A DNA stretch of 64,000 nucleotides from contig JAQGDQ010000067.1 of the NCBI GenBank assembly GCA_030141605.1, positions 434,001-498,000 of the forward strand, in the 5' to 3' direction. A program made the translations under genes and the position numbers. The notes under the pieces were generated by a model. The model was not told the DNA's origin, did no database searches, and saw nothing but the letters and a program-made list of their open reading frames with translations. This DNA is from Tubiluchus corallicola. Lineage: Eukaryota; Animalia; Priapulida. How positions within the stretch are numbered: position 1 is the stretch's first letter; every line of letters begins with the position of its first letter. Shown piece after piece: positions 55,533 to 64,000 of the stretch.

Positions 55533-58500
55533 CTGCAAAGAAAAAACTATCAATAGCATTTCAAATTGCTAGTGTTTTGACTGAAAACTTTCACTAGAAA
55601 GAAATTTAAATATTTTGCTGAATTAAACTGAGTGGCTTGTTGTCCATCTAAATAATTTAAATCTTCTTTTAAAATAAAAAACTGACAACAGTATGTTACT
55701 ACATAAAAATCAGAATCGAAGCGATGATATTAGACATAAGATGGTGTGTCATTGAGATTTTTTTAGTTGCATATTTTATTTGACATAGACACAATATTAG
55801 CAGAAAATATCACAGGAACCAATTTTTACTGAGTGTAGCTCTATCAGTGAGATATACCCATTGTTTTGCAAATTAAGGACTTTTCCGTTTGGTAACATAA
55901 AGGTAACAAGGCAGATGAACATAAAATTTTATACTTTTCCATAAGAAATGCATAGAAATTCTTTCTTTACATCTTTAGGTTTAACTGACTGGACTTTGAT
56001 TGAAGATTTTTTGATGCTGTGACAACAGAACAAATACATTACAGACCCATCTGCAATGCCTCAAATATAAATGACTGGTACTGATGCAAGGACTTGGTCA
56101 AGTTAGTATTGGTAAAGTGGACAGCTTTTGCATCAACTAGGTTCAAAATTCAAGATACTTTTATGCTACACTACACCAGTTTGTGTATTTTATGTAATCT
56201 GAAGATGTTTCACATATGGCACGAGTGTAACATTTTCTTGGTTGGTGACTTTGAAAAATGTTTTCCATACAATTGAGAAGCAAGCTACTATTTGACTTCA
56301 GACAGCAATTATATTAAAAGGCATGAATGAAATAGTGTAGAATCAATAAGAATAAATTTTAGCTAGGATTTTTTTATTTTGTAAAGCTTATACTTACTCT
56401 ACCATCACTCATTACTAATATCTTGTCATAATCTAACACAGTATTGATTCTGTGAGCTATTGTCAGCAATGTACATTCCGCAAATGCATCTTTTATCGTA
56501 GCTTGAATTAATGCATCTGTTTCTGTATCAATAGCTGCTGTTGCTTCATCAAGTAATAAAATCTGGAACAAAAGATACATAGTGGAGTATAAAATTATTT
56601 TAAGATATGATTAAAATACATAATAACAGATAACTTTAGTACAAAAAAAGCTTATAAAAATCAGATTTTATTTCACTATTCAGCTGTTAATTAAATGAAA
56701 AGTTTCTAAGTTCACCGAGTATGTAATGTTAAAAGTAATGTAATACGTGTTTTGACAATAAATTATGATTCATTATCATGGTTAAATGTAAATTAAACTT
56801 TTAGTGCTTTAAAAGTCATTTCCAATCCATTTGAAAACATTCAACAAAGTTAAACATGCAGCCATTTCACTAGCCCAATCAGGAGCACTACATGTGAAAT
56901 CTCAATTATGTTTTGTACAACAACTCACAGCTATGTATTCTGATTATGAAGATGGAACCTGGAAAGAGAAAATGATTTTTCAGACAGGCTCAGTAAATTG
57001 TAAAGCTACACTTTGGCTTTTTTGATTTTTAGGAAAATAGAAGGAGTGTTATTAGAAAATTACTCATGAAATGCAAAGTAATATAATGCCAAATCTGAAT
57101 ATTTAACTCATTTCAAACTTTAGTTTGGTGTTTCAACTTGAACTCCAGGATATTAGATTCATTAACTAGAACTTTAGTTTGGTGTTTCAACTTGAACTCC
57201 ATGATATTAGATTCATTAACTAGAACTTTAGTTTGGTGTTTCAACTTGAACTCCAGGATATTGGACTCATTAACTAGAACTTTAGTTTGGTGTTTCAACT
57301 TGAACTCCAGGATATTGGACTCATTAACTAGAACTTTAGTTTGGTGTTTCAACTTGAACTCCAGGATATTAGATTCATTAACTAGAACTTTAGTTTGGTG
57401 TTTCAACTTGAACTCCAGGATATTGGACTCATTAACTAGAACTTTAGTTTGGTGTTTCAACTTGAACTCCAGGATATTGGACTCATTAACTAGAACTTTA
57501 GTTTGGTGTTTCAACTTGAACTCCAGGATATTGGACTCATTAACTAGAACTTTACCTTGCTACTCCTCAACAGTGCACGGGCCATGCATATTAACTGCCT
57601 TTCTCCCACTGAAAAATTTTCTCCATTCTCTGTAACTGGTGCAGCTAACTTATTTTCCAAATTTGTCACCTGAAACAAATAAAAACAAAATCTTAAAAAT
57701 TACATGAATAAAAAGTGCACTTGCCACATTTGTAGTTATTCATTGTATTCTGCCAAATTTGGGCCACCCAAAATAGCTTTGGGTAGCTTTAAACAAATAC
57801 GAACAACTAAGGAAACAAATTTATTAGTTTTTTTTAACAATTTTTATTGCCTGATTTGTGTAATAAGTTAAATTAAAAAGCCACTTGTTGCTGGCAAGCT
57901 TAACATGCCCTAATTTTATATGAAAATATCTCTACTAATTATTAACAACTACAAAAACAGTAATCAAACAGTTATAACAAGAACGATAACACTCACAATG
58001 TCTTTCATATGTGTTTTCTCCAAAGCTAACCACAATTCTTCATCTTTATGGTTATCAAAGGGATCTAAATTGTACCTGCAAGTAATTGTTATAAAAACAT
58101 AGTTAAAACCTAAGCACTGTGACAAGACAAAAAATAATTGTAATATGATAACTATAATTACATTGTGATGTTGATGATTACAACTGTTCACAGATGGAGT
58201 GCATGCAATATTAGACTACAATAATACTAGACTAGAATATGAAAATCATGACCCATGTTTCTAAAGTGTATATTATAAAGTGCAGAGAAATTAAAAAAAT
58301 GCTTAGTAAAATAAATTTTCTTTGTGCAAACACTATTTAAAATGTTTTGTAAAGCACCTGATACAAAAATATAGATGAACTAAACTGATTTAGCAAACAT
58401 GAGTAAAATGTTTGGCAAAATGAAAAATTTACAAAAAGGTGGTTTGTAAAATGTGTATCATTTTTTTGCAAGCACGAACAGCCATGAGAAATAAAATGTC

Positions 58501-61500
58501 AAAATTAGCATTCACGATAATACACATATTAAAACAATAATGTTGCTTTTAAAATAACATTACCTTTTGCCAATGCATCAGGTTTGGTCTTTTAAAAAGT
58601 TAATGATTATGGATTTAAACTTTGATTAATTGATAAATTTGAAATTAATAATTAATTAATTATCCATGGGGATTATCCATAACACTAAATTATCAAAAGT
58701 AGTATAAACAGCTAGTAGTCTAGTGTGAGTAAACTAAAACTTTTGAAGAACAGGGTTAATTCATAGGTTATTAATACTGAATTAATGCCTGAGATGGTCA
58801 CAAAATGGATTCGAATTCATTCTCAGTTCCAACATTTCTAATCCCATACCATTCTGGCAGCCAAGGTTTTAAAAAGAATAGTAATAGACAATTTAATCAA
58901 GCAAAAAAGTCACAAACTTCATACCTAACATTTCCAGCAAATAAAACAGGATCCTGCGGTATAATAGAAATTCTTGATCTCAAATCTTCTAGTCCTATTT
59001 GACCAATGTCCACAGCATCAATGCTTATGCTTCCAGATTCCAATTCAACTATTCGAAATAGGGCTACTCCAAGAGAAGACTTTCCTTTAACAAATCCAAC
59101 ATACAAATATTAATATGCAAAACAAAACAAATAGCATTTCATACATGATGCACTGAACTATAGCGAGTATATTTCTTATGAAAAATTTTCCTTTCAACAG
59201 TGCAATTTATCTATTGAAAACTGTGTTTTGCAAACTAAAAAGTGTTGCATCTTTAAAATTTAGCAAAATAGTTCAAAAAATACAGACCTTACTTTTACCT
59301 TTTACAGTTGCAAGACAAGTTATGAACTATAAACTAGCTATTGATGTCAAATAAACAGGAAAAGCAAGCTAAACTGCAAAACATTACCTGCACCAGTTCT
59401 GCCGCAAATTCCTATCTTTTCGCCAGCTTTAACTTCAAAAGTGAGATCTTTCAATACCAATGGCAAGTTTTCCCTGTATCGAAGATTTACTCGGCTAAAA
59501 TGGATGTGACCTTTATTTGGCCAGTCATCGTCTGGACGGTTGTCTTCTATAATATCAGGTGACTCTGACGTAATGTGCTAAAAAATAGAATACTTAAAGA
59601 AAATTTAGTAAAGTATGGCTGCAGCTTACTATGTAAGTTATATCCTTGTGTTATGTGAAAATCTTAATCTAAAAAATCTTAATGTTGAAACTTATGATGT
59701 GGTCTGATCAATCAAGTCAGTCAGTCAGAGAAATGAAAGATTAATGCCTTAATAAAGAACAAGCCAGGCCTACAAGAGAAAAACATCTGATAATTCAGCA
59801 TCAACTCACAACTTGAACGTTCAGTTCAAAATTACCAAAAAACACCAAAATCTTTCAAATTTTGAAATGTGTTTCTGAAATGAGTTGCAGTCTGGTGGGC
59901 CCGTCCTTGCAGTATTAACTCTGTCATTTGCCCTATGTCTTTTGGTGAATGTTTTATGAATATCCAACAAGTGGTTCCAAAAATATTCACTGATAAAGTT
60001 TGAAAAATGATTGTAAACATTGCTGGCACATCCAACTCTACCCAGGAAAGGAGTCACTTCGATTAATATTTTCAAGGCAACGTTTCTTCTCAGACATTTC
60101 TAATTAACGCACATTATATATTAATGACCTTTGGTGCCAAAGGTTTGAGATCATGGTTGCAAATCCAGAACCAAACAGTAGTGTAACTACTAGTAATCGC
60201 AGATAAGAAATTTGCAGGGATATTATGTGTCTAGAATAGTAGAAGAAAAAATGTTGTCTAGACTATGAGCAGGTTCCATCCATAAACTCTGCCTGGCAGC
60301 GTGCCAGCTACAAATCATAAATTACCCTTGTGATTTTGAGAATGAAAAACAGTTGTTTGTTGTCGGTAAGTGAATTCCCTCATTTCCCTGTGATGTGTGC
60401 CTAGTCAAAATTTTATATTGAGCATGTAAACTTCATTTGCTAAGCAAACATAAAGCAAATGCAACAGTAGTCACTTTACAATGAAGTTAAAATAATTGTT
60501 AGAAAAAATAATTATGTATACTGACTAAGCATTAGCTGCTCAGTCACAGTCAATCGGTCACATTTGGATAGGAAAGATACTAATAACAGTGAGGCAAGAA
60601 TCACACAAAATATTTTTCGTAAGACACCAAGTTTTTATATAATTTTCATAAACTGTTCTAATATTACTGGCGAATCACACCCCATGAGAATAAATGCTGA
60701 TTGCACTGTTGCCATACATGTGCGAAAAGATAATCATGCGTTTGGTTTATGCATTTTATGCGTTTAGTTTTAAGTAGTTTACTTACAAGACATTTTAAAA
60801 AGCTTACACATTATTAATAAAAATTTGAATGTAAAATACATTACCACAAAATTTAAGCAATAAATAACTTGGTACATAGTACATTTTTCTTGATATGCCT
60901 CAAAACAACTGAAGTAAATGTTGTTATTCAAATACTGCCGCTCCATCCTTTACTGCTTCTAAAACCACTACTGGACCAGCAAAGGTTGGTCTTAATAAAT
61001 GAAATTTATTTTTGCAGTGACCTGTTGCAGGTGTGTGTATTTAGCAAAGTACAAAACGTAACAACTTGAATATGTGCAAGATGTTCATTAATGCTAACGT
61101 ATGTACCGCCTTTATTTTTGACATCCATTTTGTAAAAACATATATTGACTGTTAATTTTAATTAAATGTAGTTAGTTTCATCATTAATTTTTGTTACCAT
61201 ATACAAACTTAGGCATTCAGTCAAACTAATTTTGATTTATTTTATTTAATCCAAAATTTAAATCCTATGTGTGATAAGATTTAATAAAAAAATCTAAAAT
61301 TGGGAAGGAGTTTACAATTCCTCACACAATTTAAATACCATAATCTTAACCCTAACCTTACATCTAACCCTAAACCAACCCTACCCTAATCCTAACCCTA
61401 ACCCTGCTACACAAACTAATTTCTTGCGTGTGGGAATTGTAAACTTTAGCCAACTAAAAATGTGATAAGAATTTTGACTGAACTTACAGTGGTATAATGC

Positions 61501-61577
61501 TGTATTCGCTCAACTGACGTGAAACGTGCCTCTGTTTCTGAAAGCAAGCGCACTGTAAACTGGAACATACCACTAAG
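55410..61577 (-). CDS. ABCC5: ABC transporter C family, MRP5-like, 3' part of gene (end of TMD2 plus NBD2; 7 exons; the rest lies beyond the window)
   Basis: [25 protein letters not shown]; WPNKG; Walker A GRTGAGKSS; IIPQDPVLF; signature [18 protein letters not shown]; Walker [17 protein letters not shown]; LTIAHR; [18 protein letters not shown] and SVGERQ point to the ABCC5/11/12 branch. Confidence 0.9.
56398..56562 (-). CDS. ABCC5: ABCC5-like exon (Walker B, H-loop)
   Basis: [55 protein letters not shown]. Confidence 0.94.
57116..57554. repeat. Minisatellite, 8 x 54 bp, intronic
   Basis: Unit AACTTTAGTTTGGTGTTTCAACTTGAACTCCAGGATATT(A/G)GA(T/C)TCATTAACTAG at 57116, 57170 and so on to 57547. 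No spacers. Confidence 0.97.
57556..57669 (-). CDS. ABCC5: ABCC5-like exon (ABC signature)
   Basis: [38 protein letters not shown]. Confidence 0.94.
57997..58075 (-). CDS. ABCC5: ABCC5-like exon
   Basis: [26 protein letters not shown]. Confidence 0.93.
58925..59084 (-). CDS. ABCC5: ABCC5-like exon (Walker A end, Q-loop)
   Basis: [52 protein letters not shown]. Confidence 0.94.
59388..59577 (-). CDS. ABCC5: ABCC5-like exon (NBD2 start)
   Basis: [63 protein letters not shown]. Confidence 0.94.
61309..61445. mobile_element. Small inverted-repeat element enclosing degenerate (TAACCC)n
   Basis: AGTTTACAATTCC at 61309 and GGAATTGTAAACT ending at 61445 flank about 9 degenerate TAACCC units (61348-61404). 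Confidence 0.65.
61488..61577 (-). CDS. ABCC5: ABCC5-like exon (TMD2 end)
   Basis: [30 protein letters not shown]. Confidence 0.93.
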
Positions 61578-61914
61578 CTGAAAAACAATAACAGAACAAA
61601 AGCTAAAAATCACTAAATTGTAGTAGCAGATAATGCTTTCTCTGAACTATTTCCATTTATTATATAGCAAAGAATAAGAAAAACATTAGAATAGAAAAGA
61701 ATGCAAATGTATTTTTTACTTGAGTAAGTAAAAACACGTTATTTCCATTACAGTCCAAGCATGGTTAGTAATTACTAAAAATAAAAATACTATTATAAAT
61801 GAAAAGCAAGAAAAGAAAGAAAACCATTATAAAATAAACACAGCACATTACAATACATCCACAGTAAAGTTAGCATATTAATTACTAAAAATAAGAAATT
61901 GTTTCACTGAGTCA

Positions 61915-62705
61915 CTAGTCAGCCGTGACGACGTGCAGATGTGTTTTTTTCGTTGTCTGCTGATTCACGAAATGAATCAACAGACATGCAGCTATGCATT
62001 AGATGTTAGATAAAGCAAAACCTGAACGGAACTTTTATTCTTGTCTAAACTGCTGAATTTTAACAAGTTTAAACTTTACAAGGGATTGTAGCTGTGATCA
62101 AATGTTGACAAAAAGGAAAACACGCAGTATGTCAAAAGAACAAGAGCCAGAATGGATGACTTTTCTGCTTGAGCAGTTGGAGCAAAATAAAAGCTTTGCT
62201 TAACTCTGTCAATGAGAGGTTTAGTTCTCCGGTTGACGACATTTCTAAACTTAATGAGCAAGTCAACACTTTGTTTGGTTTGCCAGATAAAGTGAGACAA
62301 CTTGAAAGCGACATTAACCAAGTATAGTGTGATGTGGCTTTAGAAAGTGAGGCTCAGGCATCATATTTTGCATGATCGAGGCTGACTAAGCAAAGCCATG
62401 ATCAAGGCTGACAAAAATGCGTAGTATTCCAGAAGAAACATGTTATTATTTTATGGTATCACAGAACCTGACAATCGGAATGGCAAAGAGTGCATTTCTA
62501 AGTTGTCAGCATTAATAGGAACGGTTATGGAGATACCACTTGAGCCACGCGACATTGTCAGAGCTCACAAACTCAATCCTGTGTGAGAGCTAAATGACGA
62601 CGACACTGTTGTTGACAAATCCAGGCCTGTGCCAGTTGTGACTGTTCTTCTTCACTGGCCAAGAAACCTAATGTATTTGATGCAAGGAGACAGTTGAAGG
62701 ATCAT
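61915..62705 (+). mobile_element. Decayed LINE 5' end / ORF1 (coiled coil plus RRM-type)
   Basis: SRRNMLLFYGITEPD...IPLEPRDIVRAHKL...KSRPV matches the RRNN(L)...G..E...DI.RAHR...RP(I) pattern of LINE ORF1 proteins; contains stops. Confidence 0.7.
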
Positions 62706-63830
62706 ATAATATGCAGGCATACATTTGTTTATTGGTTATAAGTCAAAAAGTGCTAAGACATCTACTGTACCATCATTATATATCAGGAGAAAACCCGTTA
62801 ATGAACTACTCTAGCCTTTTTTTACTTTTTATTTGTAATCTTTTTGTACTTTTTGAATTGGTGGGAGCATTATAAGTCATCTGATTTTTGTAACAAAAAA
62901 TGGTTGTACACAATCTGTTTTTTTATTTGTAATCCAGTTATGTAACTTCTGTGCTCCTGCCCGAATTTATTTTTTTTAAATAACCGAACTTAATATTATA
63001 TTTTATTGCATTGTAGAGTGTACAACTGCTATTTACAGAGAGTATGTTAACAAACCATGTATTCCTTGGAAATCAATGCAAATTGGAAGAAATAGTAACC
63101 TTGTTGAAACTGGTTTTTTGACTACTGTATTACAGTTTGCCTGGCTGTTTGCGTGTCATTCAAGTCTACTATTACTGTCCAGTACAATAATATTAAAATT
63201 CATGTTACCAAGTTACTCGTGCTGTACACGTGCATTATTAATATTCTGTTTTCAATAGACTTTTGTATTAGACAGTTTTGACTTATGTTAAATTAAATGC
63301 ATATGTATATGTGCATTGTGCATGCACATAATATCTGTAAAATTAAATATGCATGTGTACGCGTGTATTTTTGTTTTCGATGTATATAATATTGTGTATA
63401 AATCACATATGCTAAATCGAGATAAAGCCACATTGTTTTTCTTCCTACTGATGGATTACCATGGTCAGTAAAGTGCTACAGTCATATTTTTTATTTTGTT
63501 TTTCTTTGTGTAAAATTATTAGTGTTTATGTACAAAACAGCTGATGTACTGTTTAATTAGCATGCTTCAACAAAAGTTAATTGCAGAGTTTTCTTAAATC
63601 TACATAATCTAAAGTTGCTTTTACTTTTTGTTTAGATGCTTCCGGGAGTGCGGCAAAGTCTGAGGTTAACATCATTACTGTGTTTTGTGTTGGTTTTTGG
63701 TAATTAGTTGGTATCTTGGGATATCAATTGTTTTTTGTACATTCTGCAATGTTACTCTTACTTTATATCCATTTACTGTTGATCCTTTGCATTACGCAGG
63801 TTGTTCTATATTGTATCCCGTACTATACAT

Positions 63831-64000
63831 ATGATTTCCAAAGAGAGTCTAAGATCTGTTTTTGATGTGATTAGATTCTTAGCGTTTTTAATTTTACTTT
63901 GTGGTGATGTACATGAAAATCCTGGTTCTAACCTCATAAAGAGTCCAGTAATCCATAAAAAGAATTTAAATTTTGTTCATTTTAATGTGAATAGTGTTAC
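63831..64000 (+). mobile_element. LINE ORF2 N-terminus: 2A-like peptide followed by the start of the APE endonuclease (runs off the window)
   Basis: MISKESLRSVFDVIRFLAFLILLCGDVHENPGSNLIKSPVIHKKNLNFVHFNVNSV; HFNVNS matches APE motif I. Confidence 0.7.

Noticed and set aside
57116-57554. CRISPR array, or repeat proteins from ORFs 57113-57514 and 57138-57635
   Set aside because: Units are contiguous with no unique spacers, there are no cas genes, and the context is a eukaryotic intron. The ORFs are a by-product of a stop-free 54-bp unit.

Overview
AT-rich, intron-rich genomic DNA from an animal, most likely an invertebrate bilaterian (TTAGGG-like repeats hint at a non-arthropod; this is inference). 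I assembled four spliced protein-coding genes by hand with consistent exon phases. (1) 3' part of RAB6 (+), 5 exons, 1403-5891, whose last intron is a minor-spliceosome U12-type intron. (2) Complete SAP130 (-), 18 coding exons, 28380-11943, 1169 aa. (3) Complete TAF9/TAF9B-like (+), 6 exons, 39494-51854, 250 aa. (4) 3' part of an ABCC5/MRP5-like transporter (-), 7 exons, 61577-55410. Introns and intergenic DNA hold many decayed mobile elements: LINE fragments (one with a PHD-finger ORF1, one with a 2A-like peptide at the start of ORF2), a Penelope remnant, Tc1/mariner and PIF/Harbinger MITEs, tandem Helitron-like elements with internal minisatellites, and tRNA- and 5S-derived SINE remnants. 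There are also tandem duplications of 54 bp x8, 186 bp x2 and 713 bp x2. Most short ORFs in the supplied track are spurious. The best leads are a possible U2/U12 twintron in RAB6, a duplicated decoy splice acceptor in TAF9, and the 2A-like LINE leader. I cannot establish a genuinely new biological system from sequence alone.
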